DNA of 64,000 bases from a virus (IMGVR_UViG_2880987659_000002:29-64028); one strand, 5' to 3'; positions 17,107-25,098 are shown, counted from the first letter of the stretch. Program-made: numbers and translations. Notes: a model not told the origin generated them from the sequence alone.

Positions 17107-17577
17107 TTATATATCGGCGCCGCATCCAGGGTCTGTGACAAGCTCGATGCCCGCGCTCGCAAAGATGGTCCTTATAGTACGCTCGTCCAGGTCCGGATCT
17201 CGCTTTAGGCGGCCGGCGGAAGTGCGGCTGAGCTTTTGGTAATCAACGAAAACGAGGGTGATACCGTTCGCAGGAAGATGGAGACGCCGCCGCTCGTCAT
17301 AACGCCTCCGCTGCTCTCCCCGATGGACTCCGCTGACCGTCATACGGTGGGGTTTGTCGAAGTGAGTCACAGCGCGGGTGTGTTGAGCCTCGTGATACTC
17401 GACCGCCAGGTTGAGCGTGGGATAGAAGGCATCGACCGGCAAGCGAGCGCACCTGCCACCTTTCCCAGGGTCTCCCAACAGGAAGTCGAACCGCTTCTGC
17501 CGCTCCGACGTTAGACCAAGCACGCGATCGCAAAGGTGCAGAACGTAGGCTTCATCGCTATCAGCACGGCGGGCCAT
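17107..17577 (-). CDS. PD-(D/E)XK / Vsr-like nuclease family protein
   Basis: RLPVDAFYPTLNLAVEYHEAQH (D...ExxxxxH) and YDERRR..L..NGITLV fit a restriction-endonuclease-like fold. Confidence 0.6.
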   Translation of the reverse strand: MARRADSDEAYVLHLCDRVLGLTSERQKRFDFLLGDPGKGGRCARLPVDAFYPTLNLAVEYHEAQHTRAVTHFDKPHRMTVSGVHRGEQRRRYDERRRLHLPANGITLVFVDYQKLSRTSAGRLKRDPDLDERTIRTIFASAGIELVTDPGCGADI

Positions 17578-17583
17578 GATAGC

Positions 17584-17811
17584 TCAAGACGCCTTCTTAA
17601 GGCGGACGCCAGCGCCGCCGCCGTTCTCTGCGATGAACTCCACGCCAGCCTCTTCCAGCGCGCGCTGGATGGCTTCCACGGTCCGCGGCTTCAATTCCTC
17701 GCCAGCCTCCAGGCGGGAAATTGTGTTGGTGGAGACCCGGGCTTTCTCCGCCAGCTGTCTCACACTCAGCCCCAAGCCCGCTCGGGCCATCTTGCACTGT
17801 TCTGGTGTCAT
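17584..17811 (-). CDS. XRE-family HTH regulator (putative satellite repressor)
   Basis: MTPEQCKMARAGLGLSVRQLAEKARVSTNTISRLEAG ... ALEEAGVEFIAENGGGAGVRL. Confidence 0.9.
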   Translation of the reverse strand: MTPEQCKMARAGLGLSVRQLAEKARVSTNTISRLEAGEELKPRTVEAIQRALEEAGVEFIAENGGGAGVRLKKAS

Positions 17812-17826
17812 TTGTTCGAAATCGCG

Positions 17827-17862
17827 TTGACGTTGCGATTTTGTTAACCTAAGAATCGCAAC
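17827..17862 (+). promoter_or_regulatory. Divergent promoter with operator-like inverted repeat
   Basis: TTGACG-N17-TAAGAA overlapped by the inverted repeat GTTGCGATT (17832-17840) / AATCGCAAC (17854-17862). Confidence 0.6.
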
Positions 17863-17900
17863 ATAATCTCGTTTTCGCAATCTAACATTGGAGCGCACCG

Positions 17901-18398
17901 ATGCCCATGCATTCCGGTGAACAGGAGTCCTTTGTCCGCCCGCCGTCCCGTCGCGTTGTTATGGCTGGAGCTGCGGCACTCGCTCTTGCCCCGGCTGTGG
18001 CCGGCGCCACATTCGCGATGTCTGCGGAAATGCGAGATCCGGTCTTCGCTGCAATAGAGCGCCACCATCTTGCATACGCCGCCCTCCAGGAAGCGGATGT
18101 CGCCGAGGATGCGTGTGACGCCCCGTTTGGCTCAGTGGAGATGAGGGAGCTCGAGGAGGCCGGCTACAACGCCTTTTGTGCTGAGCAGGATGCATTCGAG
18201 GCTCTTGCGCGCACCGCCCCAAGCACCGCGCTCGGCCTTTCTGCCTGGGTCACTCATCTCGTGTCCAACAGGAATCGCTTCAGCCCGGCAGACGTGGTCG
18301 AGGATGAGGGGGAGGTGCCTTTGGTGATTGTGCGGGACATGCTGAAGGCTGTTCAGGACTTTGCTGAGCGCGCGCGAGGGGTGGGACCATCAGCGTGA
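17901..18398 (+). CDS. Hypothetical protein with N-terminal hydrophobic (Tat-like) stretch
   Basis: GGAG RBS; SRRVVMAGAAALALAPAVA followed by DPVFAAIERH. Confidence 0.65.
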   Translation: MPMHSGEQESFVRPPSRRVVMAGAAALALAPAVAGATFAMSAEMRDPVFAAIERHHLAYAALQEADVAEDACDAPFGSVEMRELEEAGYNAFCAEQDAFEALARTAPSTALGLSAWVTHLVSNRNRFSPADVVEDEGEVPLVIVRDMLKAVQDFAERARGVGPSA

Positions 18399-18450
18399 AG
18401 GGTGCCATATCCGAGATTGACCCCGGCGCTGGCCTAAGGGTGGTTTCTCC

Positions 18451-18505
18451 CGTGTGCGGAAGGTTTGCGCGCTTAGGGCAGCGGTCTTGAAAACCGCCCC
18501 ATACG
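18451..18505 (+). ncRNA. Candidate C4/CI-like antisense RNA
   Basis: Closing stem CGTGTG/CATACG, hairpin TGC..GCA presenting CTTAGG, hairpin GCGGT-CTTGAAA-ACCGC; complementary repeats upstream (18427-18447) and downstream (18531-18549); TTGACC at 18417. Confidence 0.5.
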
Positions 18506-18729
18506 CGCGAGGCGGCAGACGGGGGTGCATCTGGCCTAACGGCGTTTTCTTTTGGCCTCGGCGCTGTGCGCTGATTGGAGTGGAGGCCACTCTCCACTTC
18601 CTTCTCGATAAGGGGATTTGGGACGCAACAACGAAGCGATCGTAAGGGCTGCGCTGGCGTTCGTTGATCAAGGCGCGATGCCCGGGAGTTGAGGCTGCCC
18701 ATCTAGCCTCCCTCGCCTGCGAAAAACCA

Positions 18730-18758
18730 TTGCCCCTCCGTTTTTGTTTTGGTAAATT
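18730..18758 (+). promoter_or_regulatory. Putative sigma70-type promoter
   Basis: TTGCCC-N17-TAAATT, followed by an AGGAGGT RBS for the gene at 18781. Confidence 0.5.
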
Positions 18759-18780
18759 CAAAACATAAAAGGAGGTCAAG

Positions 18781-19485
18781 GTGGCGTCAGTTTCCCAGGC
18801 AGTCGAGGCCATATCCGTGGTGACGATGACGGAGGAGAAAACCGTCAACGTCTACGCTCGCGCGCTGATCGATGCTGGCGTCTTACCCAAGAGCCGGGGG
18901 CGAGCTATTGCACATGTCCGCGGCGAACACGTTGCCAAATTGTTGCTCGCCATCGCCCTTAAGCCGACAATCAAAGAAGCTGCAAAAGTAGTTGAGGCCT
19001 ACTCCGAACTAGAGGCAGAGACTAATTATGGAATTGTTACTGCAATAGAAATTCTCTCTGATCTCTTCGGAGCAGCCTCCGCTGGAGGGGTCTCTAGCAA
19101 TTTTTGGCACGAAGTGACCTTCAGCGTCTACGAAAATAGGTTGGGTATTGACGTTCGACTTCCCGCCGGTCGCCGATCGAATCGATCTGATCGGGAGCTT
19201 ATTTTCCGACTTGGCGGGATGGGCGACCTCGGCCCCTTCGAGGACGTTGCAAAATTCTTCATCAGCCCCAACAGATTTTTCTCGCGGAGTGCTACCGTCA
19301 GCTTCGATGCACTATTATTCATCTGCCAATTGATGAAAGCAAATGCACCAAATGCGACGGCGCAGGGTGAAGAAGCGGTGCAGCGCCTTCTAAGCACCTT
19401 CCAAACTAAACTCTCGGAAGACGGGCACCGCAACTTGAGCACCTTTAAGAGCTGGCAGTCCGAGGGGGGTGACAGTCATGACTAG
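18781..19485 (+). CDS. Hypothetical protein with HTH-like N-terminus
   Basis: Strong RBS; VNVYARALIDAGVLPKSRGRA..HVAKLLLAIAL. Confidence 0.7.
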   Translation: MASVSQAVEAISVVTMTEEKTVNVYARALIDAGVLPKSRGRAIAHVRGEHVAKLLLAIALKPTIKEAAKVVEAYSELEAETNYGIVTAIEILSDLFGAASAGGVSSNFWHEVTFSVYENRLGIDVRLPAGRRSNRSDRELIFRLGGMGDLGPFEDVAKFFISPNRFFSRSATVSFDALLFICQLMKANAPNATAQGEEAVQRLLSTFQTKLSEDGHRNLSTFKSWQSEGGDSHD

Positions 19486-19678
19486 CATGAGCAGATCGCC
19501 TTCTGTTCTCCGCGGGGCCAAGCAGATCGCGCACGAGCTCGGCGTCTCTGTGCGCACGCTCCACCGCCAGATTAAGGCGGGCAAGGTGCCGGTCGAGAAG
19601 GGTGGGTGTGGCGGCAAGACCTCCTTCCTTCTCCTCGATCGCACTGCTTTGTCCTCCAATTCCCAGAAGAAGGACTGA
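19478..19678 (+). CDS. Small HTH DNA-binding protein (excisionase/AlpA-like)
   Basis: LRGAKQIAHELGVSVRTLHRQIKAGKVPV. Confidence 0.7.
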   Translation: MTSMSRSPSVLRGAKQIAHELGVSVRTLHRQIKAGKVPVEKGGCGGKTSFLLLDRTALSSNSQKKD

Positions 19679-19682
19679 GACC

Positions 19683-19946
19683 ATGGCTCGGCGCCCTTCA
19701 GATCCCATGCGCAATCAGGGCGACTTCCCCTGCGAGGCGGAGATCGCCCGGCGTCTGAGCCAGGGCCCGAAGGAGTGGGCTGCGGCTGCGATCATTCTGG
19801 AGCGTGAGGGCCTTCCCCGCGTGGACGCGCTCATGGGCGGGCGCTATTGGCCGGCCGTTCAAGAGTTCTTCCGCCGTCGATACGGCCTCTCTAACCTTCA
19901 GGTCTCGCAACCTGATGGGATGGAGAATCTCAATGCCCTCCGATGA
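19683..19946 (+). CDS. Small winged-helix protein upstream of the integrase (possible directionality factor)
   Basis: EAEIARRL..W...ILEREGLPRVDALMGGRYWPAVQEFF; overlaps the int start. Confidence 0.65.
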   Translation: MARRPSDPMRNQGDFPCEAEIARRLSQGPKEWAAAAIILEREGLPRVDALMGGRYWPAVQEFFRRRYGLSNLQVSQPDGMENLNALR

Positions 19947-21537
19947 GTTCGATGCGCCGGGATTGAAGGTCCGGCGCAATAAAGACGGGACGGCCCGGCT
20001 CTATTGGGTCGCCCGCGCCGATATCCGCAAGGCGGGCTATGAGCCCGAAACGGTACGCCTGCATTACGACCTTCACGATCCCCGGGATCGCCTGCTGATC
20101 GAGATGAAATGCAAGTGCCTCCAGGCGGAGATGTTTGCCTGGCGCGCCGGAAAGCGGGATCTGCAGCGGCCGTTCGATGGCACCCTCGCGAGCCTCGTTC
20201 GCCTGTATCAGACCGACGCTGCGTCGCCCTACCGGTTGGTGAAGCACAACACGCGCGAGACGTATGACCAGGTGCTTCGCCTGATTGAATTGGCCTTTGG
20301 GAAGCGGGTTCTGGTGAACCTTGCTCTGGGCGATTTCCGCCGCTGGTATGACGAGGCGAAGAAGCCCAAGGCCGCCGGCTGTCCGGAACGGGTTCGCAAA
20401 GCACACGGCATCATCAGCATGCTCCGGCGTCTGTTCGCTTATGGGACTGCCGCGGAATATGCGGGATGCGATCGCCTCGCGGGCATTCTGGAGGCCACGC
20501 GCTTCAAGCAGCCGAAGCGGCGGCGCATCCGGATGGAGCTTCACCACCTGCAAGCCTTCATTCCCAGGGCGATCGAGGCCGGACGCCTGTCGCTGGCCCT
20601 CGGCACTGCCATCCAGTTCGAGACGGGCATGCGCCAGAAGGATGTCATCGGCGAGTGGGAGCCTCACGAGGCCATCTCCGAAGTCGGGGACATGATCCTT
20701 CTCAGGGGCAAGCGTGGCCGGCGTGTCCTGCGCTGGGTGAACGGTCTCACCTGGGCTGACCTCGCCGGGGGTACCGTGCTCGTTAAGGAGACGACGAAGA
20801 CAGGGGCGATGGTCGCCAATGATCTCGCGAACTCTCCCTTGCTGCTCGACCTGATCGAGCGAGTGCCGCTGCCGGCGCGTGTAGGTCCGCTCATCGTCGA
20901 TGAGTCGGCGGGCCGCCCCTACGCGAAGCATGCCTACGCTCGCGAATGGCGGGTGATCGCCCGCGCGGCGGGCATCCCTGACCAAGTATGGAATATGGAC
21001 GCCCGAGCGGGCGCCATTACCGAAGCCGAAGACGCAGGGGCTGATCTCGATCAGATCCGCGGTGCCGTCGGTCATACGCAGGCTTCGAGCACGGCCCGCT
21101 ATTCGCGCGGGGCGCTCGGGAAGAGCCGCAAGGTCGCCGAACTCCCAAAGCGCGCAAAATCGCGTGTCACCGTGCGCAGGATCAAATGTCACCCGCGCGA
21201 CGGTTCTCTTGAAGGTGGTTTTCAGGGGGCTGTGACCGACCTGAACGGGGGATCAATTGGTGCCCTCTCGCCGCCGCCGCCGAAGCTCTGCCATATTCAG
21301 CCGCACCTGCTCTCGCCGTTCGGGCGTCGCGCCGTAAGCGGCCTGATAGGCCCGATGCTCCGGGCTTGTAGAGCGCGGCGATCGCGCTGCATCCACCTTT
21401 CGCCAGCGCTCGCGCTCGCGCTCCACATAGTCGGGATCGAGCGCCTTGCGCACCGTGTAGAGGCTGCACCCGACAGCTTCGGCGATCCTGCGCAGGCTCA
21501 AGCTGCCCTCAGCGTGCAAGCGACGGATGCGGGCTAG
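19933..21537 (+). CDS. int: Tyrosine integrase of element 2; native C-terminus apparently replaced at ~21143 by read-through into the Mu-like end
   Basis: ETGMRQKD (R), NMDARAG (HxxR variant), VGHTQ (H), ARYSR (Y); low-quality sequence after KSRKVAEL. Confidence 0.8.
   Translation: MPSDEFDAPGLKVRRNKDGTARLYWVARADIRKAGYEPETVRLHYDLHDPRDRLLIEMKCKCLQAEMFAWRAGKRDLQRPFDGTLASLVRLYQTDAASPYRLVKHNTRETYDQVLRLIELAFGKRVLVNLALGDFRRWYDEAKKPKAAGCPERVRKAHGIISMLRRLFAYGTAAEYAGCDRLAGILEATRFKQPKRRRIRMELHHLQAFIPRAIEAGRLSLALGTAIQFETGMRQKDVIGEWEPHEAISEVGDMILLRGKRGRRVLRWVNGLTWADLAGGTVLVKETTKTGAMVANDLANSPLLLDLIERVPLPARVGPLIVDESAGRPYAKHAYAREWRVIARAAGIPDQVWNMDARAGAITEAEDAGADLDQIRGAVGHTQASSTARYSRGALGKSRKVAELPKRAKSRVTVRRIKCHPRDGSLEGGFQGAVTDLNGGSIGALSPPPPKLCHIQPHLLSPFGRRAVSGLIGPMLRACRARRSRCIHLSPALALALHIVGIERLAHRVEAAPDSFGDPAQAQAALSVQATDAG
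21143..21208. repeat. Three degenerate repeats at a 22-bp period (candidate transposase end-binding sites)
   Basis: TCCCAAAGCGCGCAAAAT (21143), TGTCACCGTGCGCAGGAT (21165), TGTCACCCGCGCGACGGT (21187). Confidence 0.55.
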
Positions 21538-21573
21538 CGTCTTCTCGGGGATTTGGGGCTTGCCCGCCATCAT
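21253..21573 (-). CDS. HTH protein
   Basis: RIRRLHAEGSLSLRRIAEAVGCSLYTVRKAL; ATGA-coupled to the upstream gene. Confidence 0.7.
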   Translation of the reverse strand: MMAGKPQIPEKTLARIRRLHAEGSLSLRRIAEAVGCSLYTVRKALDPDYVERERERWRKVDAARSPRSTSPEHRAYQAAYGATPERREQVRLNMAELRRRRREGTN

Positions 21574-22442
21574 GCACCTGCCGGATAGGTGGGCAGGTCA
21601 TCGAGCCGTGCGGGAGGTTGGCCAAGATCCTGCGCCTCAATGGCTGACCCGTAGAGGTTGATAAGGGCCGCTGCTGCCTCGGCCCCATTGGCCCATGCAT
21701 TGGCAGCGGCGCCATCCCACCGCTCATATGCAGCGACGGCTTCGGCGGGAACGACCACCGCCTGCAGGGCGCTATCCGCCTTCAGACGGCGGGTCACTGC
21801 TGCGCCCTCTACCTCGGCCGTCTCTGTCACCAAGATCGCCCAATCCTCATCGCTCACCGCGTACAGGATGTTGGCGCAGCCCGCGAAAAAGCCCCAACCC
21901 GGCGACCGGTCCTGGATGACCCGCAGCGACGGGCAGTGGCCGCTGATCTTGATTGACGTCCCGGACAGGCCAATGCGCAATTCGCCCCTGTCGGCGGCAG
22001 CCTCGGTCAACTGGTAGTCCGCCCAGCCCGTAGCCCAATAAAGGACACGGCGCACCTCGCGGGTCGCGCGCAGCTCGGCGTCACGCTTGGCGGCAGCAGC
22101 CTTCATCACCTCGGTCGCTTGCTGCTGGCCATCGCGCCAAGCTGCGTCGAGGCGCGCTGCGTCGGCTCCAGCAAACGTCAAGGTCAGGTCCGCGAACCTC
22201 GCGTAATGCGTGGCGCCCATGTCGAGCATAGGGCCATAGTAACTGCTCGCCTTGGCATCGGCCGGGATCGGATAGAGGGGCAGCAATTCGCCCGCCAGGG
22301 CCTTGCCATCTCGAACTACGGGCGCCCCATCTCGATGCAGCGTTGCACGCACCAGCAAGCGGCCGTCTCCAGGTGTCTCGTAAGTGGCGACAACATCGAC
22401 ACCTGACACCGTGCGAAACTGGTTCTCTATCAGCGTTTGCAT
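21570..22442 (-). CDS. Hypothetical protein (290 aa)
   Basis: AGGAGGG RBS and perfect TTGACA upstream (22487-22492). Confidence 0.7.
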   Translation of the reverse strand: MQTLIENQFRTVSGVDVVATYETPGDGRLLVRATLHRDGAPVVRDGKALAGELLPLYPIPADAKASSYYGPMLDMGATHYARFADLTLTFAGADAARLDAAWRDGQQQATEVMKAAAAKRDAELRATREVRRVLYWATGWADYQLTEAAADRGELRIGLSGTSIKISGHCPSLRVIQDRSPGWGFFAGCANILYAVSDEDWAILVTETAEVEGAAVTRRLKADSALQAVVVPAEAVAAYERWDGAAANAWANGAEAAAALINLYGSAIEAQDLGQPPARLDDLPTYPAGA

Positions 22443-22469
22443 CGCGCCCTCCTGTTGGATCGTACTGTG

Positions 22470-23222
22470 TTACAATCCACGCACACTGTCAATCATGAGT
22501 TGCGCACTGGCTTCCTGCATCCTCTGACAAGCGATCTCGAAATATGCCTCGGTCATCTCGATCCCCACATAGTCCTGGCCCCGAGCAACGCACGCGACGC
22601 CGACCGTCCCCGATCCCATGAAGGGGTCCAGGATCGGCCCGCCCCCCATGGGACCAAGCAGCCCCTCCATGAGGTCCACCGGCTTGCCGGCGATATGGTG
22701 CTTTTGCTGGGGTATGGGCATGCGGAACACGCCTGGCGCAGTCGGGCCGGAGAGCGGCCGGGCGCCATTGGTGCCCCACACGACATATTCCGCCTGAGCG
22801 CGATATCGGCCGAGCTGCGGCCGTCCGCGCTCGGTCTTGTCCCAGGGCACGACCCCCCGCCAGACCCACCCTGCCGCCTGAACGGCGTCCGTGGTGGTGG
22901 GCAACTGCCGCCAGTCCGAGAAGGTGCAGACGATTCCGCCTGGCGCCGTCAGGGCACGCGCCCGGCTCAGCCAGAGCGTGGACCACGCGAAATAGGAGCG
23001 CTGGTCGCGTGTGTCACCGGCGAACTCAGGATAGATGCCGCGATGCTGGGACGACTGGTACTTGGCGCTCGTGGGAGCGCTCCGGTCACCCCGGAAGGCG
23101 CCTCCCGAGGAATAGGGTGGATCGGTCAGGATCCCCGCAAAAGAGCCCGCCTCAAGGGTCGGGAGGACGTCGAGGGCGTCCGCGAGATAGAGGGTGGCCG
23201 ATCCGATTTTTTCGATGCGCAT
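22470..23222 (-). CDS. DNA methyltransferase, N6-adenine/N4-cytosine beta class, in the mom position
   Basis: LTDPPY catalytic motif followed by ILDPFMGSGTVG SAM-binding motif. Confidence 0.93.
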   Translation of the reverse strand: MRIEKIGSATLYLADALDVLPTLEAGSFAGILTDPPYSSGGAFRGDRSAPTSAKYQSSQHRGIYPEFAGDTRDQRSYFAWSTLWLSRARALTAPGGIVCTFSDWRQLPTTTDAVQAAGWVWRGVVPWDKTERGRPQLGRYRAQAEYVVWGTNGARPLSGPTAPGVFRMPIPQQKHHIAGKPVDLMEGLLGPMGGGPILDPFMGSGTVGVACVARGQDYVGIEMTEAYFEIACQRMQEASAQLMIDSVRGL

Positions 23223-23392
23223 GATGCGTCTCCAGCAGGATGACGCTCGGGGCGCTCGGGTGCGGGCTCTGTGGGCCTCAATATGGTGATGGTGCCGCAG
23301 CGGCGACACTTGATCTCCACGGCGCCCGCGAGAGCGCCATGTGCGGCCCGGAAATGCAATGCTCCGCACCGCGTGCATCTTACGTTTTCCAC
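23126..23392 (-). CDS. com: Com family zinc-finger translational regulator
   Basis: VRCTRCGAL...EIKCRRCG; 3' end overlaps the methyltransferase start, as com overlaps mom in Mu. Confidence 0.85.
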   Translation of the reverse strand: MENVRCTRCGALHFRAAHGALAGAVEIKCRRCGTITILRPTEPAPERPERHPAGDASCASKKSDRPPSISRTPSTSSRPLRRALLRGS

Positions 23393-23503
23393 TCCTTAAC
23401 ATCCCGGCTTTAAGGCCCCTTTCTGAGGGACCGAAAGCCTGTTCCGGTCGCGCGGGGGTTGCTTGCCGGCTGCACCCGCGTCGGGGCGCGAGCCCCGCCT
23501 CAC

Positions 23504-23992
23504 TCAGGCCATAGGCGGCCAAACCATTGCTGGCAGCTCCGCGATGAGTTCAGCATCCGAGGGGATCGGGCGGACGCCTGCCTCGACCTCTGCCAGGATC
23601 GCGAGCGCAGCGGTCCAGACTGCCGAGCGCCATGCAAACAGCGCCTCGCCCTCTGCGGCGAATTGCGGATTCGGGTCATCCCGATAAGAGACGGCAGTCT
23701 GAGCGCTATCGTATCGGCGCTCTTGCGCAGTGGCATCGAGGTGGGCCTGCACGATAGCAGCGCCATGAGCGGTGAGCGCGGCCGGGGACGGGGGCACGGG
23801 CGCCTGGCTGGCCGCCCATTCGGCCACCACATCGGGTGTCCAGATCGCCTCAATCTCGGCGCGCACGGCCTCGGGGAGATCGGACAGATCGGCTCCAGGC
23901 TGGCGCGGCTCACGGTGAGTAAGGCCATCATCATCCGTCGCGCAGACGTAGACGAGCCCGCCAGGAAATGGGTCAATGTATAAATCGCTCAT
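23504..23992 (-). CDS. Tail fibre assembly/chaperone-like protein
   Basis: Follows the fibre gene; VQAHLDATAQERRYDS..SY, FAAEG..FAWRSAVW. Confidence 0.65.
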   Translation of the reverse strand: MSDLYIDPFPGGLVYVCATDDDGLTHREPRQPGADLSDLPEAVRAEIEAIWTPDVVAEWAASQAPVPPSPAALTAHGAAIVQAHLDATAQERRYDSAQTAVSYRDDPNPQFAAEGEALFAWRSAVWTAALAILAEVEAGVRPIPSDAELIAELPAMVWPPMA

Positions 23993-25098
23993 GACGTGTA
24001 AACTCCTCCGATTATCAATCCGAACGCTGACGATATTGCCGAAATATTCATGTCGACGGCGCCGCCACTGGCAGCGCTGCTGTATTGCAGCCACGCAACC
24101 CCAATAGAGGATGGCAAGCCGAACGGAGTTCCTGGCACGTTGATGCCGGAACCTCGCACCAGCAAGGGCTGGTTGTTGCCTGGAAAAGGCATGCCCCCGA
24201 TCCGGGCGTTCCCGGTCCCTCCCGATCTCGTGCCAGTGATTTCGCCGCCGACATAGACCATCCGCCCGATCCGGAGATACCAGCCGGACCTGTTTGAATA
24301 AGAGATGTTGGGGTCAGCGCCATCTGATCCGAGCGATGGCGACCATGTGCCCGCCACGAAATCGACGCCCGTCGACCCGCTCAGCATCTGAGCCACGGTG
24401 CGGGCTGTCAGCACACCGCCGATATTTTGGAGGACTTGGCCGGCAGTGGTCGCCGGGATGCCGAGGTTCGTCAGCGCCTGCGTCTGCTGGCCACCGCTGA
24501 GCACTTGGGCTCCGTCATAGCGGAGCGCGCCCGCATTCAGAGTGCGCTGCACCCAGGCCGCACCGGTCCAGAAGAAGAAGTCACCGGTGGACTGATCTGC
24601 GACGCCGTCGCCGCGCTTTGGCGCCTCAAATCGCCATCCTGTCGTGGCCGAGATGGCGAATTGGTTGGCGTAACCCGCCCACGCGCCGGTGGGGACTGTC
24701 CCAACGACAAAGAAGGCTCCGAGCGCGGGAGAACCAGGCGGCGCGTTGCTTCCCACCGACACGACCAGAGGCAGGCGGATATTGGCCGCCAACATCTCAT
24801 AGCGCAGGGCCATTGCGTTGAGCGATGCAACAGCGGAGACACCGGAAAAGCGATCGGGCGCATCGAGGCGGATCTCGAAGGCCGCTCCCGCAATAGCGGC
24901 ACCGGCGCGCTGACTTTCCACGATCAGCGACGTGTCGCTCGGCACAGCCCCGATCGTGGATAGAAAGGCCGAACCGGGCGCCATGAACGTGTCGCCGGGG
25001 CGCGCCGGCTGTGGTCCACTTGCCCAAGTCGTGCCGGAGCCGACGACCTCGTTGGAACCACTGGCAATCGAGACAGTGCCGCTCTTGATGACGGTCAT
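23989..25098 (-). CDS. Tail fibre protein with DUF2793-like domain
   Basis: SGTVSI..GSNEVVGSGTTW N-terminus; PPGSPALG..FVVG..PTGAWAG..GWRF..P; variable C-terminus. Confidence 0.75.
   Translation of the reverse strand: MTVIKSGTVSIASGSNEVVGSGTTWASGPQPARPGDTFMAPGSAFLSTIGAVPSDTSLIVESQRAGAAIAGAAFEIRLDAPDRFSGVSAVASLNAMALRYEMLAANIRLPLVVSVGSNAPPGSPALGAFFVVGTVPTGAWAGYANQFAISATTGWRFEAPKRGDGVADQSTGDFFFWTGAAWVQRTLNAGALRYDGAQVLSGGQQTQALTNLGIPATTAGQVLQNIGGVLTARTVAQMLSGSTGVDFVAGTWSPSLGSDGADPNISYSNRSGWYLRIGRMVYVGGEITGTRSGGTGNARIGGMPFPGNNQPLLVRGSGINVPGTPFGLPSSIGVAWLQYSSAASGGAVDMNISAISSAFGLIIGGVYTS

Larger units (their letters stand above)
5635..21142. mobile_element. Element 2: tailless capsid-forming phage satellite (cf-PICI-like), ~15.5 kb
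   Basis: Bounded by the att core and a second integrase; complete head and packaging genes, no tail genes, XRE switch, defence cargo. Confidence 0.7.

Noticed and set aside
18458-18545. tRNA-Ser(UGA)-like sequence (GGCAGCGGTCTTGAAAACCGCC)
   Set aside because: Only an anticodon-arm look-alike. There is no TTCGA T-loop, no matching 3' acceptor strand and no CCA; it is better explained as the C4/CI-like RNA.
21192-21537. Genuine C-terminal extra domain of integrase 2
   Set aside because: It is antisense to the HTH gene 21253..21573 and starts at the Mu-end repeats; read-through is the simpler explanation.
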